A DNA stretch of 64,000 nucleotides from the NCBI GenBank assembly GCA_030390025.1, contig JASTWF010000036.1, positions 992,001-1,056,000 on the forward strand, given 5' to 3'. The notes under the pieces are model-generated. The model had not been told where the DNA came from, did not search any database, and saw only the letters and a list, made by a program, of their open reading frames with translations. Made by a program: the position numbers and the translations under genes. The DNA is from Squalus acanthias. Its lineage: Eukaryota. Of the stretch, positions 1 through 11,452 are shown one piece after another. Positions within the stretch are counted from its first letter, which is position 1. The number at the start of each line of letters is the position of its first letter.

Positions 1-306
1 ATCAAACAAAATTTGACACCGAGCCACATAAGGAGATATTAGGACAGATGACCAAAAGCTTGATCAAAGAGGTAGGTTTTAAGGAGCGTTTTGAAGGAGG
101 AAAGAGGCGGAGAGGTTTAGGGAATTCCAGAGCTTAGGGCCCAGGCAACAGAAGGCACGGCCACCAATGGTGGAGCGATGGAAATCAGGGATGTGGAAGA
201 GGTCAGAATTGAAGGACTGCAGAGATCTCAGAGGGTTATAGGGCTGGAGGAGGTTACAGAGATAGGGAGGGGCGAGGCCATGGAGAGATTTGAAAACAAG
301 GATGAT
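1..306 (-). mobile_element. L2-clade LINE 3' fragment
   Basis: Minus-strand translation ILVFKSLHGLAPPYLCNLLQPY...GGRAFCCLGPKLWNSL matches the L2 ORF2 C-terminus; same family as 13514-14038. Confidence 0.8.
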
Positions 307-1129
307 TTCCTTGGCACGGTGACTTTCCCAGCGTGGGAATTCATTCCCCTCAGCCCCGCCCGCTCTGACATCAGGAGCCATGTTTGGGACGGGCGGAAAC
401 ATGCCACCTCACCTGGGACCTGATGTATCTGGGTCCTGGCTGATTTGCCTGTGGCCACACTACCCTCCTGGACGGCTTGGGCCAGGAGTGCACAACTGGC
501 CCTGTGGACATTCAGGACTTTAAAAGCAGCTGCAATTACAAAAAGCAAACCCATGATTTTGATACATAGGTTGAGATTTTGCTTCAAACTGGTTTTGAGC
601 TGTCGGCTTGAGGGGAGGGATCAAGCCGGTTTTGAACAAACACAGAAAGACGCCTGGATTTTCCTAAAAAAAAACCACCCTTTTTTGAGTAGTGTAGAGG
701 TGAAAATGCCCTCTGCCCAAACGCTACCACTAAAAATGGCCAATTGTGACTCCCTCCCGTGGTTCAGTTGTGATCCTGATCCACCTTTCGGAAGCGCACC
801 CATTGAGATAAAACGAAGAGCACGGCCAATTGGCCCCCCAATATTTCCCTGCGTTTCCGCTCAGTTACCACCTCTTGAAATCACCGCCACTTGTAAAGGT
901 GGGGGTGCTGAGCACAGGCGGGATGGGATTGGGAAGGTGAAAGGTCACAGGCGAGCGATTCTGCAACACTGTTTTGGTTGGCATTCACTTCCACTACTTG
1001 CAAGCTGCATGTTTCTGCGCATTTCAAGGGAACTTTTGTGAAACTTGCTGAAAATTCAAAGGGAGCGCTGGTGGCTGAAATCATGGGCTTCGTTCTTGCG
1101 CTTTGAGGAAGAGGATGGTGACGCCATGG

Positions 1130-1402
1130 TGGAGCAAGGAAATGGCGGAAGGAAGGCGAGTGTGGCAATAAACATGAAGGCAACACCCGACCCACAGCTA
1201 GCCACAACCTACAGACTACAGAGGTCCTATCTGGATTTTCCCTTTCAGCAGTATGAGACAGTTTTCCCCCTGACACAGTGACAGAGGTACAGCAGCTGTT
1301 GGAACCTGACCTGCAGCCTCTTTCCATCGCCTTGTCTGTGGAGTAACACCAGCACCTAACTTATTTGCATCCAGGTGCTTCCAGGTGGCCTCTGGTGACA
1401 TT
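1130..1402 (+). pseudogene. Degenerate Harbinger (HARBI1-like) transposase N-terminal fragment
   Basis: Frameshifted translation YRLQRSYLDF...DTVTEVQQLLEPDLQPLSIALSVE*/VTPAPNLFASRCFQVASGDI resembles the HARBI1-type motif ...AL.V...V.AAL.F.ASGSFQ...GD. Confidence 0.6.
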
Positions 1403-1914
1403 AGGATGAAGGTAGCACTCGCCTCAGTGAAGCTGATGACCCCTGAAGGACTTGCTTCTGGTCTCACGTTGCTTGTGCGTCCAATGCCTATTGGACCCAG
1501 ACCAGATGGGCCCTCCTGTGTGGCTGTGCAAGGAGCTCCACTCATGCAGGTGCATTATCACTGCCCTGAGAAGCAGTGACATCGGAACTGCCTCATGAAG
1601 CCCAGCAGTGTTGGAGACGGGCTAAATCGGGCTAGTGGTCTGCGTGAGAGCAGGTCGAATAATCCCAATTAATTCCTGAAAGCCCTGAGCTAGGGTGCTC
1701 TTCAAGGCATCTATGGAACCAGCCACTGTTTCCACTGCAGAAGCAACAACTTTCCTTCGAACTTATCCCTGATGACTTGAGGTTGCACTGATCTCCTGGA
1801 CTGAAAATCGGGCGGGGTTAAAATGGGCTGCCAATTCGCTAATGCCCGTTTTGCACTGCTGCCAAAGTCAGATTTCACCCCAATCAGTTTTGAGCGATGT
1901 TGGTTGAGGTTGAG

Positions 1915-2316
1915 AGAAGGTTGTTGGTTTAAGTCCCACTCCAGAGACTTGAGCACAAAAATCTAGGCTGACACTTCAGTGCAGTGCTGAGGGAGTGCTG
2001 CACTGTCGGAGGTGCTGTCTTTCGGATGAGACGTTAAACCGAGGCCCCGTCTGCCCTCTCAGGTGGACGTAAAAGATCTTGTGGCACTATTTCAAAGAAG
2101 AGCAGGGGAGTTCTCCCCGGTGACCTGGGGCCAATATTTATCCCTCAATCAACATAACAAAAACAGATTATCTGGTCATTATCACATTGCTGTTTGTGGG
2201 AGCTTGCTGTGCGCAAATTGGCTGCCGCATTTCCTACATTACAACAGTGACTACACTCAAAAGTGCTTCATTGACTGTAAAGCACTTTGGTCGTGAAAGG
2301 TGCAAGTCTTTCTTTT
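1915..2316 (+). mobile_element. DeuSINE (SacSINE1-like tRNA SINE), 5' end missing
   Basis: Deu-domain sequence gtctttcggatgagacgttaaaccgaggcccc...; L2-type tail gcaagtctttcttt. Confidence 0.8.
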
Positions 2317-2320
2317 TATT

Positions 2321-2577
2321 ATAAATATTGGCCAGGACACTGGGAGAACTCCTCTACTCTTCTTCGAAATAGTGCCATGGGATCTTTTACGTCCAGCTGA
2401 GAGAGCAGACGGGGCCTCGGTTTAACGTCTCATCCGAAAGACAGTACCTCCAACAGTGTAGCATTCCACTGGAGTATCACCCTGAATTATGTGCTCAAGT
2501 CTCATAGCGTGGGATTTGAACCCACACCCTTACTTGACTCAGAGGTGAGGGTGCTACCCACTGAGCCACAGCTGACA
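2321..2577 (-). mobile_element. DeuSINE 5' half, inverted against the adjacent copy
   Basis: Reverse complement of the head tgtcagctgtggctcagtgggtagc and of the Deu domain. Confidence 0.8.
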
Positions 2578-3779
2578 CTGAAATAACCTACATACTGCAG
2601 AAGAACTGACTCGGGTTTGTGTATACCATGGAAGCGATACACAATTCATACAGGAGATGATGGACACTACAACCCCTGTACCTCCCTGAGATGATAACTG
2701 AACACTGGCCTCAATTTGGAAACAAATTGCTTCATCGTTCATTAAAATTCTCCATAAGTATGTGATTTAATTATATCGATGAAAAAAAGCAATTTTAATA
2801 TGTTTGTTAGCACGGTCATGGATACCAGCACTTTAAAAATTATATTTAGCTATTGAATGAAAATTATTTTTTTCACACAGCCAAAATGATAGCCCCCAGA
2901 GAACGTTTAAAAGCAAATTTAACTGTGCTCGTACCATTTTAAAACAAGCTTTACAAAGAAATAGTGTCATGTCAGGAACAGTAGAAAAGTCAGGCATGAG
3001 AAGAGGCTTCTCATCCCACGAACCAGGCCAGAGACTGAGTATTGTCACGAGAAGAACAAAGGAAGACGCTGGAAGAGATTTTTCACATAGAGGGTTATTC
3101 AAACGCGGAATGCTTTGGCACAAGTGGCTATTGAGACAAGGACTGTAACATCATTTAAGAGGCAATTGGATAAGTATCTGAAAAGGAAGAATATAAAAGC
3201 GCACGCAGAAAGGGAAATGGGATTAGATTGCTCTAGTTGAAGAGCCAGCACCCACACAGGCCTAGTCGGCTAACTGGCCTCCTTCTGTACTGCAATGGTT
3301 GTGATTCTATTCATCCATCGCGACTGATCCTTTTGGTACATTAACTCTCCCATCATGACATCTAATCGTATTTGAAATAACCCCAATGTTTTGACTCTAT
3401 TACCTTTGCTTGGTAGATTATTGCAAATAATTAAGCACTCTTTGGATGAAGAATGGGTCTGTGGCATAACATTTTGAACAAAATGCTGCAGATTCCACTT
3501 TAAATTGTGCTCTTGGACACTCAGTAAGTTGGCCACACCGGTATTTTGAATTATCAGGCCTGTGGTAAATTCCAATGAATTAATATTCCAAGCGCACTAA
3601 GCGAGGTAACAATCCCCACATGTAAACAGCATTACGTTTCCCATTACGGCGGCCGATCTGGAGAATTCCCGAGGAAATTCCCGGCGATAATTAAGAGCTA
3701 CTCCTGCATACAAAGCAGCTTGAATGATGCATTTCCCAATAAAGGTGACACTTTGCAACTCCCCTAATGGTTTTGTGGA

Positions 3780-4225
3780 TGAATTTGACACTGAGCCACA
3801 TCAGGACAGGTGACCAAAGGCTTGGTCAAAGAGGGAGGTTTTAAGGTGCGTCTTAAAGGAGGAGAGAGAGAGGCGGAGAGGTTTAGGGAGGGAATTCCTG
3901 AGCTTAGGGCCTCGGCAGCTGAAGGCACGGCCACCGATGGTGGAGCGATTAAAATCGGGGACGCACCAAATTGGAGGAGCGCAGAGATCGCAGAGGGTTG
4001 TAGGTCTGGAGGAGGTTCGAGACATGCATTTAATGTAGAAAGATAATCTCAAGGCACTTCACAAAGATATAACAATGAGCCAAAGAAGGAGATGTTAGAA
4101 GGGGTGACCAAAGGCTTGGGTTTTTCAGAGGGTCCTAAAGGAGGAGAGGGAGGCGGAGGGGCTTAGAGATGGAATTCCTGACAATCGGACCCAAAGGGCA
4201 TGGCTGCCAATGGTGGAACAAAGGC
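3780..4225 (-). mobile_element. Two L2 LINE 3' fragments
   Basis: Repeated gtgaccaaaggcttgg...gagaggcggagaggtttaggg segments, homologous to 1-306. Confidence 0.7.
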
Positions 4226-7031
4226 GGGGGGGGGGGGGGGGGGGGGCGGAGAGAATGCAAAAATGTTTAAAATAAATGGGTTAACTCCAGTGTTAAAATA
4301 ACACCGATCGGAAAATCTAGGCTTGCAATTGAGGAGTGGTCATTTGGCTGAGGTACTGAAGGGTAACTGACAGCTGGATAATTGGATTAGAGCAAGAATC
4401 GGTACCTTGAGGCGTGGAGAGGGGGCAATAACAAGAAAATTGACAGTCAGCACTGTTCAGCACTGTTGCCAACAACTGATAAATGAATGGCCGTTCTCCT
4501 CTTTCCTTCTTCCTCACTTGTCCATCCGAACTTGAGCTGGATGTGCACAGCCAGGACTGATGGCTTTTGTATTCCATTTCATTTGCTTACATTTTCATCG
4601 TGGCTCTCTTGCTCGTGGCGCAATAAAATCCCCGGCTGCCTGGGGACCTCAGGCTTTTGAAACACTGGAGGGAGAAGATGTCCTCTGTTTCCTATCTGAA
4701 GCAAAATCATGACTGTGGTCCTTATACTTACGTTTTTGATTTCACTTCTCAATACCGAATAGAGGACATCTTCCCCATGGGGCCAATTAAACTTCAAATG
4801 TAATCAGGACTTTGTGAACCTTTCAAATAGGTAAAGTGTATTCATCACAACTCAGCCCCCCACCCCTTCTAGATAAAGAGTAAACTCAAGCTTTTCCAAA
4901 GGCAAAATGAACAGATCTATTTCAACAGGGAATCTTGCGAGCATTGCTCTCTTCTGAGAAGAAGCTCTGATTTACGATGCACATTCTGTTTCTCCTGTCT
5001 TTCTGTTGACTGTTTAGAGTATTTTTTAAACAGCGATTGGTAACGAGATCATTTGGAACTGACTTGCAGAAATGATTGAAACCAGCAACATGAGGGGGCT
5101 GAATTAAGGACACAATTAAACTGACAGATTCACTAAAACACCCTGGGTTAATGGACTATATTTCCTTTAAAATTAATTCAGCTCCTTTACACTGTCACTT
5201 CAGTGTCTCCTCCAAGTCAGTGACCCTTAACGATGTCATCACTAAATACTGCTTAAAGAACAATATTAAAAAAAGGGGGAAGCAAAGTTATTCTGAATTT
5301 TGTCTGATAGTTTGCTTTTAAAAGGAGTGCATTGTTATCTTTCTGATCAGATGTTAAAATGGCCTGTGTCGATGGATGTTAATAATCCCATAGAACTATT
5401 TGAAAACAAGCAGGGAGTTCTCCTGGTGTCCTGTAGGACGTGCGGAATTCCCCCTCGCCCCGTCCAACAGGTTATAGAGTTCGGACTTGAGACTTATGAG
5501 AAATGACACCAGACACACGGGTTCTGCCTTTAACCTTTTATTGTTCCTCAGACAGATTCAAAACCCCGACCACTATTCGAGCAGTTCACCAATAATGTTA
5601 CAGGAAATCATACATACACCCACCCGCCGATGATCAGTCCAGCGTTGATTGTAGGCCACTTCCTTTCAACTGCAGTAGCTCTTCGCCTTTCGACTGCAGT
5701 GCCGATATTTTTAGTCACTGTCTTTTGTACAGTTTTCCTTGCCTTTTTCAGTAAATCAATCATTCAGAGATTGTGAGATGTTCCTTTAATGTTCGACCGA
5801 AGTTGTTTGCGCTGTCAAACTTTCACACTCACACATCCTGTGTGGTTACCTGTTCTTTCACTCATAAAAGTTTACAGAAGTGGCAGTAAACTACTTGGTC
5901 ACATTTCACGTGTTACGTTGCATCCTGTATTTCACAACTCTCAAGGCTTGACTCCTCCCCTTTAGCCACCAAAAGTCGTTCTACAACCTTGTGGCCTATT
6001 CGTTGTAGACATGAAGGGCTGGATTTTAATAGCCCTGAGGAGGCGGGTTTGGAGGCGGATCTGTTGGGAAAATCGGGAAAAATGGCTTCAGACACCCAAC
6101 CCGCCTCCATCCTGCCCCCACCCGATTTTCGTGAGTGTCTGTTTAGCCGCTCTTAAACTGACCCGTCTCCAACTGGTGGGACAGGTAGTTAAGGCAGCCT
6201 GTTAACTGCCTTGCTAATCCTATTTTCATAGTGGTTTCCCATTTTCCTGCTTCTGGCTCCTGTTTCCCGACTTGTCAGAAACAGGCCAGGTTCAAGGAGA
6301 CGAGTTGCTGGAGGACATGATCTGTATGCATTGGTGGAGCACTTTAAAAGCGCCCCTGAAACATGGCTGACATTCAAATGCAACAACTTTGCTGTTGTAG
6401 GTATGGGATAACATTTTGCACATCTACTGACCTTCTGACTGTTCAAGCTGACACCCATCATGAATGGAATAATTTCAGGCCACTTCGACTGTGCGCTTGC
6501 AAGATTGTTGCCTCAAATGAAATCTATAGCTAGGGGATGGGAAACATTTATGCCCTCTCATCCTGATCCTCATAATCAGAGGAGCAGCAGCCGCGTGGCT
6601 CAGCACAGATCGTCCTGGGAAGAGGAGTAGGAGGAGGACGAGGGGAGCCTTGCATGCCCTGTTGTGGCCAATGCAGCATCCCTCCAGTTCACCGCTGCCT
6701 GTCAACCAGGGTATGCACACTGCCATGCCACACTAGCATAGGCTTACTCTTCAACCACAGGTGGCCACCATATGGCTCTGTAATTGCAGGCGACACTTGT
6801 CCAACGTCATATTTCATCTCTGTTATACCCTGTTATTTCCTATCACTTTTACCATCAGCTTTACAAATGCAAGTCGCCCTGAGCTCTCAATGCGCTTTTG
6901 CCATTTCCCATAACACATAGGCCACACAAGCAACTGTTTGACATAATTTATCTTTAACACATGACAAAAGGATAATATACCAGCAAGAGTCAGAAAAAAA
7001 AGAAACATCACCCAAGTGAGTCCCCTTGTGA

Positions 7032-8995
7032 CTATAGGTGCTTAATCTTTCTCTTACGTGTGCTTCTACGTGGTGCTTCCCCTGTGGCTTCAGCAGATGT
7101 AGAGGCACCTTGCTGACTAGGATGCTGCGCCTGCTTAGACGCCTTTGGCGGGCGTCCTCTGGGTTTGGGAGCCTGGGAGGGATCTTCAACAGTCTGCTCT
7201 TCCTGCGGCTGTGCAGGGGCTGAAACGGCCATCTCAGTTGTCTCTGCAAAGTGGGTCTCTGACCGAGGGCTCCGCAGTGGCATGGTCGTGTGAGCGCTTT
7301 GAGAGGAGCCCACACTTCCTTCTGTCCTGCCAACAACATCCCTCTCATGGGTCAGCCGCACCTCAGTGCTGGCAAGTGGCTGGACAGCACCTTGCTACAC
7401 TTCAGGGGGACCATGAGGACTCGTATCTGCACTGGCAGTCCTCATCACAAGAGCGACCATGAAGCTCTGGTCTCTCTGCTCAATAGCTGCCCATCGCTCC
7501 TCCAGAGATGTCATTCTATTCTGAACAGTCACCATGTTTTCCTGACTCTGGCGACTTATTTCCTCCATGACCATAGCCATCCTTTCCACTGAGGTAGCCA
7601 TCCTTTCCACTGAGGTAGCCATCCTTTCCACGGAGGTTGCCATCCTATCCATGGTGGTGCGTTCATGCGCCATTGCCTCCACAAAGGCAGTGCTCATGTT
7701 AGAGATGGACTCCTCCATTCTCTCCACACTCGCAGTTACCCTGGAGACAAATCCTTCCAGAGACGCCTGCACTTGTTCCTGTATTTCACGAACCGCTCTT
7801 TTTCTGGATGGCCCCAGAGGCACAGCGTCTGCATGCAGCTCAGCAGAGCTAGGAGAGTCCTGCGACCTCTGCCGAGGACTCTCCACTGCTGTCGCTGTCT
7901 CCACCATCTGCTGATGCTCACTTGTGCGCTGTGATAGACCAGGTGGCAACACTGCTCTAACTCGCGATGGCCCCACCGAGGTGTGCGTTTCTGCGCTGGT
8001 GCTGGGTGCGCTGAGTCCTGGTGACGCTGCTCCCTCAGAGGCTTCAGGTTCCTCTGAGGAGTTGTCCGGCTCTTCATCCTGGATCGTGGGGAGGGGGGGC
8101 GCTCAATGGTCCTGTGGGAGAGTAAAGGCATGATTTAGACATCTGATGTTGATGTAGCAGGCACATCCTTTTGAGCAGATGATACAACGCAATTCTCTAT
8201 GAACATTATATTCCATTGCTTTCTGAGAGGGATGAAACTCTATTATGTCACCAGCTTCCTCTAGTGTGCCTGTCTCTCCATCGCCCACTTCCAGGTCCTC
8301 GCCACCTCCAACAATCTCGTTTGCTGCCTCCTCAGCACTGGTCAATGTTGCTAGGGTAGGTGTTCCTCCTCCAGTCATTGCTCTCTCCCTCTTATTGTGG
8401 GCTATCTTTTCCTGCAAGGAGGGACACAAGCGATGTTTCAGCCTCAGTGATGGAGTGAGTGTGATTAATCCCTACCATAGAAGCTTTGAGTGAGACGAAG
8501 ATGGGGTAAGGTGCCAAAAGGAAGGTAGCTCCCTGTGCGTTGTTAGTTGTTGTCACTGCATGACAGTGAGAGCGAGTCTAAGGGGTGCATAGGCAGGATG
8601 CTGAAGTGATTCAGTGCAGAGACAGAGATGGATAGGAAAGGGTGCAAGGGAAGTAAGAGTAAGGTGGGATGTGAAGGAGGAGGCTTACAACGCAGAGTGC
8701 TGGTGATGAGAAGAGAAGGGAAGCAGAGTGAAGACAAGTGAGATGGGATACTCACGTTTGATGTTCGCACAAGATCATTAAACATTTTTCGGCACTGGAT
8801 CCATGAGCGTGCATAAATGGACCTTGCGCTGACCTCCTGAGCAATGTGCAGCCAGGCTGCCTTGGTCTGCTGAGGAGGCTTCCTCCGGCCATCAGGAGGG
8901 AAGAGAATCTCCCTGCGCCCTCTGACAGCATCCACAAGAACTTGGAGGGACTCATCATTAAAACGAGGAGCTGCCTTGCCTCTGGAAGAAGTCAT
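7032..8995 (-). pseudogene. Harbinger Myb/SANT-like DNA-binding protein gene, 3 exons (8995-8756, 8411-8252, 8111-7032), with one frameshift and one premature stop
   Basis: Exon 1 MTSSRGKAAPRFNDESLQVLVDAV...AAWLHIAQEV...RSWIQCRKMFNDL is a trihelix Myb/SANT domain. Introns are GT-AG. Exon 2 has KIAHNKRERAMTGGG. The C-terminus has an AT-hook (KPRGRPPK) and PRRSTRKRK. One extra base in the G7 run at 8093-8099; TAG at 7397-7395. Confidence 0.8.
7574..7651. repeat. 21-bp tandem repeat (~3.7 copies) encoding MATSVER heptads
   Basis: Unit tagccatcctttccactgagg at 7574, 7595, 7616 and 7637 (partial). Confidence 0.9.
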
Positions 8996-9970
8996 AGCGT
9001 TTAAATCAAGTGCAGGAAACCACAATGGCAAGGCTCAAGCTGGATGACAGCTTTAAAAGCAGCTGCCATTATGACATCATCAGAGGCGGCCAGCTGACCC
9101 GATCCCACTCATTGGAGCGGCCAGCGCGCCTCCTTGAAATTAACAAGCTCGTTTAATAAAAATCGCAACTCTGCAGCTGTTCCCGCCGGAAGCGGCGTTC
9201 GAACCCGCCCACCACGCAACCCGACTCCAACCCGCCCCGGGAATTAAAATCCAGCCCGAAGTCTGCAAATCTAAGGGGGTTTGTTTATCTCTGTTGTCTA
9301 TGACTACCCCCTGCAGTCACAACCATTTGTTCTGTCAGTATCTACTATCTGACACCCAGCTCTTGAAATATCTCCATCACAAAGCAGCTTCCATTCAACA
9401 GTTTCTTTTGAAAGCACATTTGCTCACGAAATGTTTGCTGCCTTTTAGTAAAGCACATCAAAGCACATTCCATGTCCACTTATCAGTGAAAGACCGTCTG
9501 TTACATTCACCAACTTTATTTCACTTCGAAAAATCCTTTTGGCCTGGCAAAGCATTTTAATATATACCAAAATTTAAAATTAAGGGTCTGTATATACTTC
9601 CAGTCCCGGCCAACATTCATCCCTCAACCAACACCATCCAAAACACACGAACTGGCCATTCATCTCATAGCTGCTTGTGGGATCTTGCTGTGTGCAAATT
9701 GGATGCTGGATACACTTCAAACGCAATTTGTGTGAAGTGCGTTGGGATGTTTCTTGGCGATGCGATGAGGTGCTACATAAATGCAAGTCCTTTCTTTATC
9801 CAATTCAAGTCATTTCCAATGTGCCATGGGCCTCAGCTGAAAGGGTGAGTTTCTAACATTCCTGCTCTATCATTAGCTATCATGATGCGGAGATGCCGGC
9901 GTTGGACTGGGGTGGACAAAAATGAGAAGTCGCACAACACCAGGTTATAGTCCAACAGATTTATTTAATT

Positions 9971-10009
9971 TTACAAGCTTTCGGAGCAGTTCGCTCCTTC
10001 GTCAGGTAA
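9971..10009 (-). ncRNA. Minimal type I hammerhead ribozyme motif
   Basis: Reverse complement reads ttac-CTGACGA-a-ggagc/gaact/gctcc-GAAA-gc-TT-gtaa. Confidence 0.7.
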
Positions 10010-10033
10010 GTTTAGCAGAACTTACTGCTAAAC

Positions 10034-10072
10034 TTACCTGACGAAGGAGCGAACTGCTCCGAAAGCTTGTAA
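10034..10072 (+). ncRNA. Minimal type I hammerhead ribozyme motif
   Basis: ttac-CTGACGA-a-ggagc/gaact/gctcc-GAAA-gc-TT-gtaa: stem I ttac/gtaa, stem II ggagc/gctcc, palindromic AGCT in place of stem III. Confidence 0.7.
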
Positions 10073-10342
10073 AATTAAATAAATCTGTTGGACTATAACC
10101 TGGTGTTGTGCGACTTCTCATTTTTATCATTAGCTAGTGAGATGTGTGACCCCCCAAAGGTGGAACCTACGCCTGTATGCAACAGTTGCTCTTAATTATC
10201 ATCTGGAATTTCCCCGGGAGCTGTCCCGGTCGGCCGCTGCAATGGGGATTGGTAGATTGTTCCAAATATCTAGCGCCCTTGGAATAATCATTTGTTGGGA
10301 TTTGTTTGCTTTTATCGCAATCAAGTGCCTTGCCTCTGTTTG

Positions 10343-10601
10343 AAGTCGCACAACACCAGGTTATAGTCCAACAGTTTTATTTGAAATCACGAGCTTTCGG
10401 AGCGGCTGCTCCTTCGTCAGGTGAAGTAAAGGAATACAAATCGGCACAGCTTTGTCAATTTGTATTCCTTCACTTCACCTGACGAAGGAGCAGCGCTCCG
10501 AAAGCTCGTGATTTCAAATAAAACTGTTGGACTATAAGCTGGTGTTGTGCGACTTCTCACTTTTGTCCACCCCAGTCCAACACCGGCATCTCCGCATCAT
10601 C
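10343..10601 (+). mobile_element. Hairpin Penelope-like insertion B with hammerhead motifs (10387-10424 -, 10475-10511 +)
   Basis: Imperfect ~108-bp arms centred at 10449/10450; tail gtccaccccagtccaacaccggcatctccgcatcat; 10-bp TSD CCTCTGTTTG at 10333-10342 and 10602-10611. Confidence 0.85.
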
Positions 10602-11002
10602 CCTCTGTTTGGTTTGTATTGTACCCAGCAGACTGGTAGGTTGGGATTGTTGGATTTAACATCACTTCAACAAATTTAGCAGCAAAGCAGTGAAAATGAA
10701 CATTTCTAGCTGTAGTTTTCCTACATATGTGACACAAATGTGTGAATTTGCCTGTTTCAGTTTAACTAAAGAATGATGCTAGATCAGATTGATTTGCTGA
10801 TTCAACTTGCAGATTGTCCCATCGCTGCAAGTGACACCAGTTCTTGTAATCTCAATGAATTGTCTATTGTGAATACTGAGTTGCACCTTAGCTGAATAGA
10901 CCAGTCTGGAAAATTGTGAATTCAGTAAAACGTTGCAGACCAAAATGGAAGTTCTTGCTGAATCCTTTTGAGTTCCATGCTTGAATAAATGTATTTTTAA
11001 AT

Positions 11003-11452
11003 AAAGATTTGCATTTCTATAGCGCTTTTCACAACCACAGGACGTCCCAAAGCGCTTTACAGCCAATGAAGTACTTTTGAAGTGGAGTCACTGTTGTAAT
11101 GTAGGAAACGCGGCAGCCAATTTGCGCACAGCAAGCTCCCACAAACAGCAATGTGAAAATGACCAGATCATCTGTTTTTGTTATGTTGGTTGAAGGAGAA
11201 ATATCAGCCTAGGACACCGGGGAGAACTCCCCTACCCTTCTTCAAAATAGTGCCATGGGATCTTTTATACCCACCTGAGAGAGCAGACAGGGCCTCGGTT
11301 TAATATTTTATCCGAAACACAGCACCTCCGACAGTGCAGCACTCCATGGAGTGTCAGCCTAGTTTTATGTGTGCAAGTGCCTGGAGTGGGACTTAAACCC
11401 ACAACCTTCTGACTCAGAAGCAAAGGTGCTACCAACTGAGCCACGGCTGACA
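11003..11452 (-). mobile_element. DeuSINE, near full length
   Basis: Reverse complement of head, Deu domain and tail. Confidence 0.85.

Larger units (their letters stand above)
6016..9257. mobile_element. PIF/Harbinger DNA transposon, transposase-less
   Basis: Perfect 15-bp TIRs GGGCTGGATTTTAAT / ATTAAAATCCAGCCC; 3-bp TSD GAA at 6013-6015 and 9258-9260; carries a Myb/SANT gene. Confidence 0.9.
5432..9602 (-). mobile_element. Solo LTR (~926 bp excluding the nested Harbinger)
   Basis: TG...CA termini; 4-bp TSD GTCC at 5428-5431 and 9603-9606; AATAAA on the minus strand near 5537-5542. Confidence 0.65.
5331..9797 (+). mobile_element. Old DeuSINE split by an LTR insertion (halves ~5331-5431 and 9603-9797)
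   Basis: The left half ends ggagttctcctggtGTCC and the right half resumes GTCCcggccaacattcatccctcaacc; these are contiguous in intact copies. Confidence 0.7.
9880..10124 (-). mobile_element. Hairpin Penelope-like (PLE) insertion A
   Basis: Perfect 101-bp inverted repeat (9918-10018 / 10025-10125, 6-nt loop); ~38-nt unpaired tail; 12-bp TSD TATCATTAGCTA at 9868-9879 and 10125-10136. Confidence 0.85.

Noticed and set aside
445..1041. 198-aa ORF
   Set aside because: No homology recognised; it lies in decayed Harbinger-like subterminal sequence.
6475..6800. Transposase remnant inside the Harbinger
   Set aside because: Only an Arg/Glu-rich stretch reminiscent of a terminus; no DDE motif, too weak to call.
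9880..10601. One large ~720-bp TIR DNA transposon
   Set aside because: Each hairpin has its own distinct TSD, so these are two separate insertions.
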